This document shows, piece after piece, positions 8,084-19,630 of a stretch of DNA of 64,000 nucleotides (within the stretch, counting starts at the first letter, position 1; every line of letters starts with the position of its first letter). Under the pieces are notes generated by a model, which made no database searches, had not been told where the DNA came from, and saw only the letters and a program-made list of their open reading frames with translations. Source of the stretch: Bigelowiella natans CCMP2755 (taxonomy: Eukaryota; Protista; Cercozoa). Position numbers and translations under genes: made by a program. The stretch covers positions 1 to 64,000 of the forward strand of contig ADNK01000904.1 in assembly GCA_000320545.1 (NCBI GenBank). Reading direction: 5' to 3'.

Positions 8084-8566
8084 TAGCAGTCGCATAATAG
8101 CAGTCGCATATGTATTAGCATATTGCTTCAGCATGCACTAGGCATAGCAGTCGTATATTGCTTCGTAATAGCAGTGTATTAGCACGGCATATCGCTTCAC
8201 ACGGCACGGCATACACGGCACGGCACATAGCACATAATGACATCGTATGCTTCTTCATTTTTTTTTGGACCCCTACTTTAATTAGTGTTTTTTTCTAACC
8301 TTATTCATTTTACAATTAATGAGGGCTTTAAGGGTATTTCAAAAACCAAACTTTTTAATATATATATATATATATATATATTAAAATACTTACATACTTT
8401 ATATATACAACCCCCGCCCTTGAAAAAGACCCCTGGGAAACATAAGTATAATAATGTAATATGATACAGCATAATAAAGCTGTCGCATCGCTTTGCGAGC
8501 AGGTAGGCTCTGCCTACATCGCAGATACCGCCATTGGCGGTTATAATAATTATTATTATTATTACT
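8084..8566. repeat. Probable terminal (inverted repeat) region of the viral element
   Basis: Non-coding. Contains TAGCAGTCG(C/T)ATA copies (8084, 8098, 8145), CACGG repeats, a 34-bp palindrome at 8353-8386, four short hairpins at 8466-8541 and a terminal (ATT)n-ACT. The partner TIR is not in the window. Confidence 0.6.
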
Positions 8567-8944
8567 TACACATCACACACCACATGCAATGGAAACTTGC
8601 AAACATCACTGCAACCGCGCGAAAAAAACACCCCTTTGGCCGCAAAACCCTCATTTCCGCCCCCCTTGATCTCCAGATCACCCCAGCAAGGTGGACAGGG
8701 AACGCGATTCGATTCGTCGTTTCAGTGTCTCAGCATCATCATGCTGGCATGCTCATTGCATGTGGTCTGTGATTCCACCAGCTAGCCAGCCTGGCAGTGC
8801 GATGCTTGCTCATTGAGGTGGTGCAGTTGGTGCAATGCGCGCTGATGCAAATTTCCAGACCAATGACTTGCTAGCTTCTTGTCTAGCTGTTGCGGCGCGC
8901 TCTGGCGCTGCATTGCATGGCAGGCATGTGGTGAGCACATCAAA

Positions 8945-10045
8945 CGTTTGAACAATGAACAACAAAGCTGATGATGAACTGGGTTTCCAAAGTGTCACAA
9001 GACACTTGCAAAATGCGAAACTCAGTGCCTCGCGAATTGAACTGGCTAGCTGGTGAACTCAGCGAGGACCAACCTGTCCAGCTGTGGAACACCGACCGTG
9101 CAACTGGCGAAACAAGCGTGCTGTGATTTGGAAATTGGCAACAGAGCCAGTGTGACTGGTGGCAAAGTGGCAACGACGCAATGCATCCAATCGCACTGAG
9201 AACTTCCCAAAGGCTGAATCCACACGATGATCTGCAGTCGGATCATGCAGCTGAAAGAGCACCCAGGAGTGTGTTTGTTTTGCTGTTTTGAAGGAGTCAG
9301 TGCCATGAGTGAAGGAGCACTAGCAAGGCGGGCGAGCCATGCCCCAAGGCCAACCTTGCACTGGAGAGGAGTCCATTTCTCGCGTCGTCCAGGTGAGAGC
9401 AGTGAAGGTGGTTCACACTTTGAACAAGAACAAGAACAAGAACAATGATGACGAACCACATTTCCAAAATGTTGCAAGACATTTGCGGTGTGCAAAGTGC
9501 AGTGCCTCGAACTGGCTTCAGTGAGGACTGTGACCAGCAAATCAACTGGCTGGTTTTTCAAAATGGCATGATTCAGTCATTGTGAAGCAATGACACTAGC
9601 GGCAAAATTCTGGCGGCGCAAGGCCTCCACTCTGAGCAAAAACTTCCTGAAGGCCATGTCCACACAACGATCTACGTTTGGATCATCTGAGGGGCCCCCC
9701 AGCAGAACTTTGGTTTTGAAAGAGTCTGGAGCGTCAAAGAATGAAGAGCAGAAGGAAGAAGCTGGGCCCAGAGCTGATCTCATGCGCGAAAGAAGTTTGT
9801 TTCTCTCTGCATTCAAGTGAGTGCAATGATGGATGAGGTGGTTGACACTTTGAACAACTTCAGCATTGCAAAGAGGACAAACCGAGGAAGAGGGGTTGTG
9901 AAACTGCTTCATCCTTGCAAAGAGGGCAAATCGACTGAGCATTGCAAAACAACGTGCCAAGGACGCGAGAAAGAAATGTACCGGGATTTGATCCAGTCAC
10001 CGTGTAAATTAAACTTGGCGTTTCCACATCGCGACATGTTCTAGT
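8945..10045 (-). mobile_element. Stacked 5'-truncated non-LTR retrotransposon (LINE) 3' ends
   Basis: C-terminal CCHC knuckle CPLCNAEVVQSVNHLIHHC (9577..9960) followed by a 3' UTR ending in (TTCTTG)n at ~9422-9445. A second diverged copy follows (VQSVNHL..., DPTADHRVDSAFGKF vs DPNVDRCVDMAFRKF) with a homologous UTR to ~8945. A third stub, SICPLCKDEAV, lies near 9905-9940. Confidence 0.8.
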
Positions 10046-10104
10046 AGTAAGTTTTACTAGTTTACTGTTGATCAGAGCGATAATTTACAAACAACCTCAC
10101 AACA

Positions 10105-12647
10105 ATGGACTCCACGCCGAATCTTTACACAGGAAATGGGGATGGCAGCGATACAAAGGGCTCCAAGACAGATTCACAAGATGCCTTAGCTCAGGGAAAT
10201 CTCATCGTTGTCACGGATCCACAAAAGAATAAAGGAGGCATGAGTAGCTATGTTGACTACGCAGTTAAAACTTTTCTCAACAAGAGCTCCCCGACCACAG
10301 TGAGGAGGAGATATTCCCATTTTTTTTGGCTCAGAGAGGCACTCAGGCGTATGGTAACGCATTTTCTACATCATTTTTTTAGCCTTTGTTCTCTTATTGA
10401 TCTACATGCTATCAATCAACTCACACGTTATGTACATGTATAGTTCCCAGGGTTTCCTGTCCCTGCGCTCCCATCTAAAAACAAGGTGTTCAATTTCAAG
10501 AAACACAAGACTGAGCGAATTCGTGGTACTTCTTCTTCTTCTACAACAAACAACAAACTCCTGCATGAGTATTTATCATCATCGTCATCGCCATGATCAT
10601 CCTTTCACAAAAGTGTTCTCTCGTTTTCCCTTTCTTTCTCTATCTCCTCTCTCTCTCTCTCTACAGGCCTGGAGATGTTCGTGAACGCAGTCCTATTTGA
10701 CGTGCATCTTGCCTGTACTCCAATATTTAAGGCGTTTATTACGGACACGGTAAGTATATCAGTAATTGACAATTTTCTACTTGTTCCACTAATTCTAAAC
10801 ATAAATACATACTACATAAGGGCGATTTCTCAGAAAGACAGAAAAGCGAAGATGCAAGAATAAAGGAACTCGATCCTGTGGTGATCATCACAACTCGATA
10901 TCCTAGAGAAGTCAAGGTGGAAAGAGGGATAGATAGATAAAGAAGAGGGGTGACATTATAACAAACTCTAAAATAAGAGAATCGCACTATGACATGTTAT
11001 CTTATGGAAGTCATCATCCAAATCTGCAGTTTCTCTCTTCATATAATGCTCCGGCGCAATCTGATCCACGGGCGCAGGATAATGCGGACATCGCTAATTT
11101 CCAAAAATTTATAAAACAGTATGATTGTTCCCTCCTCCTAAATCATCAAATAGTAACATGTTCTGAAATGCTTGCTTGCATGCTCCACTGGCTGCACACG
11201 CAAAGGTTTTTGCTACAAGTAGTAGTAGTTATGCTTACCTACTCCCAACCTGTTGCAGACTTGTAAAAGGCCTTCAGAGGCTTCTAGCTTCGAGTCAACA
11301 ATCAAATTTAAAGCTACGTAAAACCCTCGAGGTAGGTCTGCTGCCTGATTGTTTGTTGTGTATTTATGTATCTAGTAGTAGTAGCCTGCTTGTTGAGGAA
11401 CGACTCTATCGTCAAACGAGATGTATTTTGAAATGGTGATTATGTACTACTACTACTACTACTACTACTACTGGATTTAATACTATGCGTGCAAAAAATG
11501 ATAATCAGGAAGTACCAAACATCATAAAGTTGTTGGAGAAACTTGAGGAACAAGAGGGTAAGGAACCGACACGGCCTGCACAATATGAGGTATTATGCAT
11601 TACTTGCTTACTGCAGCAGTAGTAGTAGTTGTTGTTGTAGTATCATCAACAATCAGTAAAACTAATCGATGAATCGTCTTATCAGAGATATCACATCGGT
11701 CCTGTGTTAACAAATTGGATCGAAAACTTGAAATCAAGGTGGTGGTGGTGTTTTTGCAGCAGCAGCAGCAGCGGCGGCGGCGGTCAAACTATGATTCTCA
11801 ATCGCAGCTTCTTTGACTGAATTTTTTTGCCCATCGTCTGCTTCTAAATAACATACAATTTATATTTACTTCCAGACCAGAAGCGTACGTTGCAGTGATG
11901 CATATCTTCAACCGTGATTTACTTTGCGCAGTGGTAAAATCATCATCTTTGAAATACTGTCTGTTGATGCTTGAAGGCTTGCTTATGCACACCATAATGT
12001 TTTATCATCATCACATAATTGGATGCTTGCAGGGAATGGATGATGCCCTTTCGTTTCGAAATACATTGGCAGCACAGGTCTTTCTGTCATTCATTATCAT
12101 CATATCTATTATGTTGTTCAAACTGCAGGAGGAGGTAGTTAGTAGCCATGCATTAATTCTGATAAGAAATGTAATATCCTGAATGTCAGTACAAGAAAGC
12201 GTACAAAGTATACGATAAATGGAATGCAAAGCCTCCCACTAACGAAGCTGGTGAAACAAAAAGAACACAGGATCAGGTCATTATCATTTGTTCAGAGAGC
12301 AGCTTAAATGCTATTATTGGTCTAATTCTTTGTTTCATTTGTATTTAGGGAAAGCTGAAAGATTTAACAGCAGCATTGGACATTATCGACAAGCTGATAA
12401 TATCTTATCATGCCCCACGATTCTTTCAAGACATCCGAGAAAGATCAATACTAGGAACGAAAATATTTGTGGAGGACCAATTAAGCTTGGTATTAGAAGA
12501 TTTGTCATTTTCATTAGGGAGATTCTTCATCATTTAGTTGTTTCTAAAATATGAACTATGCAACAGAGTGAGAAGCTTGTGAAGTTTTGGCACGGGATTC
12601 GAGGCTCCATGGAACGATCTCCTTCATCCAGAAGGAGTATATTTTAG
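10105..12647 (+). CDS. Sorting nexin (PX domain plus probable BAR), multi-exon
   Basis: PX motifs VTDPQK..YVDYAV..VRRRYSHFFWLREAL / FPGFPVPALPSK / ERIR.GLEMFVN across GT-AG introns; helical C-terminal exons ending ...VKFWHGIRGSMERSPSSRRSIF*. Confidence 0.85.
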
Positions 12648-13647
12648 CGTATCCATGGCATGTTATTTCGTGACGATAATACCAACAATACAACGCCACG
12701 TGTCCTGTCTGTCTGTACACTCGGGTGTATCTTGCTTTTAGTTAATGACGGGCATGCATATAGATGATGTAAATGGGGTGGCCTCCATTGCTCATTTGCT
12801 GTTCTGCTGCTTTACTAGCTACTAGACTGATTCGGAATGATAAAGTATTCATGCCGTGCATCCCACAGACAGTAGTGGTACAAACCTGCACGTGAACAAG
12901 CTAGCAAGCAGATTAGCGAGTTACCTAGTAGAGGCAAGCTGCCTGTGTTAGCTACGAACGTGCTGGCATGCTGGCATGAAACACGTAGACCATGCTAGCA
13001 TGCTCTTGCTGTTGCTAATGCCATTTCTGATTTGCAAAGTCATGGCAAACAAACATATAAACAAAACGAATGTCAAGACTCCAGAGACTGACATGTTCAG
13101 GCATCCCAACGCTGTGTCTAGACATCGCTATCAACGCTCGCCATGGTGTGCAACCACGAGCGTCTTCGCAACGATCGATGCGGTGTTTCGATTTTGCTTG
13201 CTGCGCCGATGATCGATCGACAAAGCTGTGTCGCAAAGACGACATCTAGATGTGCACGGTGAATCCATGCCTCACTTAAGCCCAATGAGCTTGCGCTCTC
13301 ATTTTTCACGTTCACGCACGATGGAATGTTGGAAGAAGCACACAGCTCAGATTGAATCAGCTGCCATGCATGGCAAACATGTAAGTTGCACCATGTCCAT
13401 TTTCCCTTGCTGTCTATGAGCTGTAGCACATTGCTAGATCTAGAGACATGGTGTGTTAATCATTTTCCATTTCAAAGATAATGCTATGGCGCGATAAGAG
13501 CATTCCATAGAACTAATTTTTTCACGATGCGATGTTCCAAAGTCAATCTTTCTGGAAAACTAAGGGTTCGAGATTTATCATAATTATCGAAATTTTGGGA
13601 TAAATTAATTGAGCCAAAGTTATCAGAGGACCTGCACAATAATGACC

Positions 13648-14610
13648 TCAAATCCTAAAATAAAAGACAACATATTGAATCTTGAAGGCACAAATTGCTT
13701 CAGTGATAGCGAGTTTCAACGGCGGAACACTAACCTCCTTCGATATCCGTGAATCGTAGTTTTGATATTTTCCGAAGTCTGACCTCATAGCTCGTGCAAG
13801 ATGTTCATACGAATCCAGAAAGAATCGACTGAACAACCATCTTAGTATTAAAATACTAATACTTCTTTTGGCCTTATCAGTTTCTAATTTCCATTGCATT
13901 TTTTGGATGACGCTGCTGCTTTCTTTGAACATTACCATTCGTACTACTACTTATGCTATTCCTCCATCGTAAACGTACTTTTTATTTTAAGATTACTGCG
14001 TTCTCTCTTTCAAATTTTTGAAGGTTAGAAGAAACCAAACCTTAAGGCTTTTGACTTTGCTATGTCATCTCTGAGAAGACGTCGGAGGTCCTCGAACACA
14101 CTGGTCCGAAATTCATGCAATTTCTCACTGCATCTTTTTTTAATGGCATCTATAAAGTGAAACAAGAAGGATAGTTGAGTCTTCACGATTTTTCAAATTT
14201 TGTGCTGTTTAATCCCCCCACCTTTCGATCTCTTTTTGGAAATCGTCGCCATCGTATTATCAGCACTGTCTCCAGGGAGACGACTACCACCACCACCACC
14301 ACTCTCAAGATAATTTAAGGCCACAAAGAGCTCTGATTGTTGTATAAGAGACAGTATTAGTACAGTACACGCATATCTGTAGTACCGGATGCTTAATTGG
14401 CAATCAAATTTCCTTGCACTACTACTGACTACTACGACTGACTACTACTACAACTACTACCTGGGTCTATGTTTCCATGGGCATATATTCTCAGTGGATT
14501 GTTATCCAGAGCATCAGCACCAGCAACATCATCCTCAAGTGATAATGATGTTTGGTGGAACATAGCTTGTCTTCTTGCCTCCTGATACACTTCTGGAGGA
14601 ATAATTCTTA

Positions 14611-14651
<41 letters not shown>

Positions 14652-16381
14652 ATGATATTGCTCTCTTGATGCCAATTACAGAATTCATCAAATGATTCAA
14701 ATAGTACCTAACGTAAGGAGGAGGAAGAGTTAGCGGCAGATTCTCTCTCGATAGGCGAATGATATAATGCCAACGCTTAATCATGCTGTCAGGGAGATAC
14801 TAGCAGTAGCATAAATATCCTCTAACCGTGCTCTCGTCGGCATTCCGTTCTGGCACAAAACCTATATATTAATAGATGGCTTTAGGCCATAATGATTTGC
14901 TTACAATACTACATTACAGGAGCTCAATAGTGCTAGTAGTTATTTTCCGTGAGGACATTACCATAGAAAGTGAAGAATTCATCACTATTTCGATTTCCGT
15001 ATGATATCGTCAATTCCTCCCCCTCCTATAGTCATCAACATAGCAGTAGTAGAAATGTTACTACAGTACAAATCAAAATACATAGAATATGATGATAATC
15101 ATCACCATGATCATCATCATCATAATCGCTTTATTAGTTATGATCTACTGACCGCTACATCCCTGGCTGCTGAGAGAACAAAGTAGTAAGAACTGCCTTT
15201 ATTATCGTTTGGTAGCCGTCTGACTTGCCATTCCATAGTTGCTTTCTGTTCGTACATAAATACTCCTTATCATTATTGTTACTAACTATATCATTGTGAG
15301 AAGTCAATAGTAACGTCGCCATCACTACCTGTGGTCCTTTAATTGCCTCTGAAAAGACTCTAATAGCTTCTCTCCCCCGGTGATTCGCCAAGTCAATAAT
15401 CGGTACTAGAAGTCTCGTATCTGGTAGTGGTGTAGGCGAATACGATGATAACGATAACGAAGTCGTGTGCATGCAAAATAGCGATGTAAGATATACAATT
15501 GATGTAGGTGCGGCTATTAATCATCGGTGATGATGCACGAAATGACCAGATGAGACGCGAAATGTTCTTGAATGAACGATGGAGAGAGCCCATTCGAAGT
15601 CCTATAGCATAGATGGGTAGGTAGACGGATAGACAGATAGTTAGATAGACAGACAGCAAGCACCAAGGCTGATACACTAAGAGAGCTTCAACGATCGATA
15701 TTCTACTACAACAATATGCGTGAATTGGATCTTAGGAGTAAGAACCTCTCTTGTGCTAGAAGAATGCGCAGTTGGAGATAGCATGTCAAACGCCTGTGAC
15801 GCCTGTGCATAATCATCGTCGTAGCATTCCATATGCTGCTGCTGTTAAATATTGCCTGGCACCTTGCACAGCAAGCGGATCATAGCAACAACAGCAGCAG
15901 CAGCAGCAGCAGCAGCAGTATTTAAGCGACGATGTCGATAATGATGTATTTACCAGAAGATTGTGCTCATAAATCGCTGAAGAAACCGTCGGGTATTCAA
16001 TGCTTGAGATCTGTATGGGAGATTACAGAGGTTGAAACATGATTGATCATATTAACTATTTTTGGCCAACCATCATCATAATCATCATCATCGTCTCCAC
16101 ATCGTATATATAATAACGTGCTCGTCAGTATCACGAACAAATATCATAATCATATAATAATAGTCTTGGCGCTGCTTTGCAACAGTATTGCTCGATATTG
16201 GCAATCACCTCATCCCAATCAAAGCTGTTAGCAGGAGCTTGAATTTGCTGTGGGAGCGTATTAAAATATGCTGCCTCAAATATATCTTTGTCGTCGATTT
16301 CGTTGCTATTCCTTCCACTCTCCTTCTGTATCACACCATTTTGTAAGCAGTGAGGGAAGGATTTTTAGTACACATGTACAA

Positions 16382-16427
<46 letters not shown>

Positions 16428-17006
16428 GCACGCGAAGAAGAAGAAAAAGAAGAAGAAGAAGAAGAGAAAGCAGCGGCAGCAGCAACAACACAAATTGGTA
16501 AACATGCATGAGCAAAGCAGGCTGCCTATCATGCCCTTAAAGGTCTTTAGTTGCGTACATCGCCGTGTATGAATGCTTGCTTCTTCTTCTCTCTCAGTAG
16601 CCTACAGGCTAATCGGACATTCCAAGGAGCTCTAAGAAAATGATAATAACAAAATAATAATAAGGATAATGATAATTAAAAAAATACCAAGAAAGGAGGG
16701 GGGGAAGAGAAACAGAATGTGTCCATTGTTTTTCTCATCTCGTCATCATTATCATCGGCAGTAAGGTCAGCATGTGTTTGATGCGAAAAGCAAACAAACC
16801 CATCGTAGATGAAGAGCTCTTTTTTGGCTTCTTCAGTCCCTTCTTCAACAAGGCTTGGAACATCTCTTATCGTTAGATCCAACTATGGGGTTTGGATATT
16901 CATTGCGTAAATAACAAGGCCCCCCCTCCTCTTCTTCCTCCTCTATAATCTTCATCATCACGATAAGTTTGACAGTTTCTCTTTATGCAATAAGATAAAG
17001 TGATAT

Positions 17007-17050
<44 letters not shown>

Positions 17051-17239
17051 CAGCAGGGATGGGAAGCACCCACCACACCATATTAACAGTAGGCTTGAAG
17101 TGGATTTTCATATTCATTCATGAGGGAAATCTAGACGCTGTCTCTTTGCAACTACCGGAACAGCTAAGACTCTTTGACCCTTACGGAGTGATTTTGCTGC
17201 AAAGATCCCACGCCCCGCAGCTTCATGCTCTAAAATCTA

Positions 17240-17271
<32 letters not shown>

Positions 17272-17680
17272 CTAAAGGAATGAATAACTAGCGGCAATGT
17301 GAGAAGGATAAATTTGATCATCTTTCTAAACAACAGCATAGTGTTATGCAGGCAATACCACCTTAATGTTGTCAATCCCTGCAATACCAACCTTTTTGCC
17401 ACTGGAAAGAAGCAGAGATATGCTAGCATCATCCTTAGCCTCTTCTTTGTCCGTAACAGCAGCCTTTTGCTTTCTGAAGTCAACTTCTTCGCTTGTTCCT
17501 CCTTCTCCTTCTCCAATAGTGCTGTCATCAGTTGTGTTGTTACATTCGTCTTGGTAGTAGCTTAGACCGGGAAGTCTTAGGAGTAGCGTGTCGGTGATGC
17601 TGTTGCTTCGATCCATTAATCTAGATCGCTTCTGTCGCAGGAACAAGTTTTTAAGATTCTTAATCTTCATCACGCTCTTA
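13648..17680 (-). CDS. SET-domain protein lysine methyltransferase (Rubisco LSMT/SETD3/SETD6-like), multi-exon; ends approximate
   Basis: Exon peptides GRGIFAAKSLRKGQRVLAVP (~17150-17210), WNVRLACRLLREE, YFNTLP, LLVPIIDLANH (~15380-15415) and EELTISYGNRNSDEFFTFYG (~14960-15020). Confidence 0.85.
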
Positions 17681-17759
17681 TTCTGTGGAGCGAGGATATG
17701 ACCATCATCATCATCATCGTGATATCGAATGCGAAAGGGTAGTATCTTATCGTCTCTAT

Positions 17760-18716
17760 TTTGAATATGCCAGCAGAGCTCCTCAGTGCTTTCCATCTGA
17801 TGATAAGCAACAAACATAGTCGTAGTAGTAGTAGGAGCAAAATACTTGCATTAACCAAAGAGTACATGACAGCCAATATATACACACACACATGAACACA
17901 CACCGGAATATCTGGATGTGATTGAGCGATCCCTGGTAAGACACAACAGCTGTGTAGTAGGCAGGTGCCAACGATTACATCGTGAATAGGAGGGCAGGTG
18001 ATGAAGAAGAAAAAGAAGAAGAAGGAGAAGAAGAAGGAGAAGGAGAAGAAGAAGAAGAAAACAGAATAGAACAGAAGCAAAAACAGAAACCAGAAGCAGA
18101 CAGCCCAATCAATCACTAAACAAAACTTGCTATTAATTATTGATCCAAAACACAATTATCATGATTTCAATTACTACAGGTAGTAGTGCTATTACGGAAT
18201 AATAAGAGCTGGTAGATCGAGAGCTTTCACGAGGTCTGCCACATATTCGATAGCCTCCGGGAATAGATTAAACATCAAACATAATAACAAATTGTTGTTA
18301 GATACAACGTACAACCACGAATCATGATCAGTTTCACCATTATTTATATGCATGCACGACGCATGATCACAGCTTCTGGCAAGAATATATTCACTATTCA
18401 TTGTAGCTTAGACTTATGTACAAATGGTGAAACCAAGAAGACATATTCTGCTTTATGGAGAACATCCTGCCCCTTCTCATTTATCTATCAATTTGTGATA
18501 CACAAGAAGACCTTCCTTTCTCGTATGACCTAGCTCAATATTGCTGCTGCTGCTGCTGCTACTACCTCATGAGGGTACATTGAAAGAACCATAGAGGCAT
18601 TGCAAATCCCACTAGCTAAGCTGCTTTGCGCAATTAGTTGAGGTGAAAGTCCGTGAGGAATAATTGCAGCTCCATTGTCATTAAGGAGATCTGCACAGAT
18701 GATATAGCCAGAGACG

Positions 18717-18750
<34 letters not shown>

Positions 18751-19322
18751 TACTCACACAAAATACTACAAGTGAGGAATCGATCTAGCATGTGGTGTTT
18801 CCATGGTGTGATCTTTCTGTGTCCACATTATGTATCAAATGTTGTATGTATTCGTCTTTACCTTTTGTTGCAAAGTTGAGGGTTGGATTTGGCTCTATCA
18901 TTGTTACTTTTATTTTCCCATTGCTATATCTACGCAGCGCATCAGCTAAGTATCCTGAGAGTGGACATCATACGGTTGCGAACGTGACGAGGAGGAGGAG
19001 GAGGAGGAGGGAGAGCAAGGGGAGGAGGAGGGATATTGGAGGCTTATTAAAGCAGTATGAGAAAACCAGTTGCATATTTGTTTTTAACTCGCCAAACCAG
19101 ATCAATCCAGCATTAGTAAAAAATCCATAATAGAGAAAGAGAAACAAAAGTCGCCACAAGAACACCTGATCCTGCAGCAACTTCATACACGCCAGTTCCC
19201 GAAGATAGGTACTAAATATAGGAAGTACATGGAGGACACGCTGTTAAATATATGTCCCATTTTCATCATGGTAGGAGGCGATAGTTACCTTAAAACTATA
19301 TAGTGTGTTGTCACTTATTATA

Positions 19323-19355
<33 letters not shown>

Positions 19356-19594
19356 AACTGCTACTCCGAACCTGAATGCCGAAGATTTTTATCATCCACT
19401 TTGCAACACGGTCAGCAACCTTGTATTTATGTCTATGGTAGGGTAATTGTGAAGAAGAGAAAGGGAAGGGAGGAGGAGGGGGAGGAAGAGGAAGAGAAAA
19501 AAATCATGACGCAGGTAAAAAAACAAGCTCTACCCACAGTAGTAAGCGGTTTCATTATCAGTAGTGAAACGAAGTAGCAGTAGTAGTGGTGGTT

Positions 19595-19630
<36 letters not shown>

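Larger units (their letters stand above)
1..8566. mobile_element. Endogenous Polinton-like virus / virophage-like element, right part (left end outside the window)
   Basis: AT-rich, gene-dense and nearly intron-free block with a pPolB-type polymerase and a D5/SF3 helicase. It ends in ...TTATTATTATTATTACT at 8566 (5'-AGTAATAAT... on the minus strand, like Polinton 5'-AG microsatellite termini), with an abrupt change in composition afterwards. No capsid, packaging ATPase or integrase is recognisable inside the window, so the exact class is unresolved. Confidence 0.88.

Noticed and set aside
8461-9561. ORFs of 60-170 aa right of the viral terminus as real genes
   Set aside because: TpA depletion removes TAA and TAG stops and inflates ORF length; only the LINE-derived fragments have recognisable motifs.
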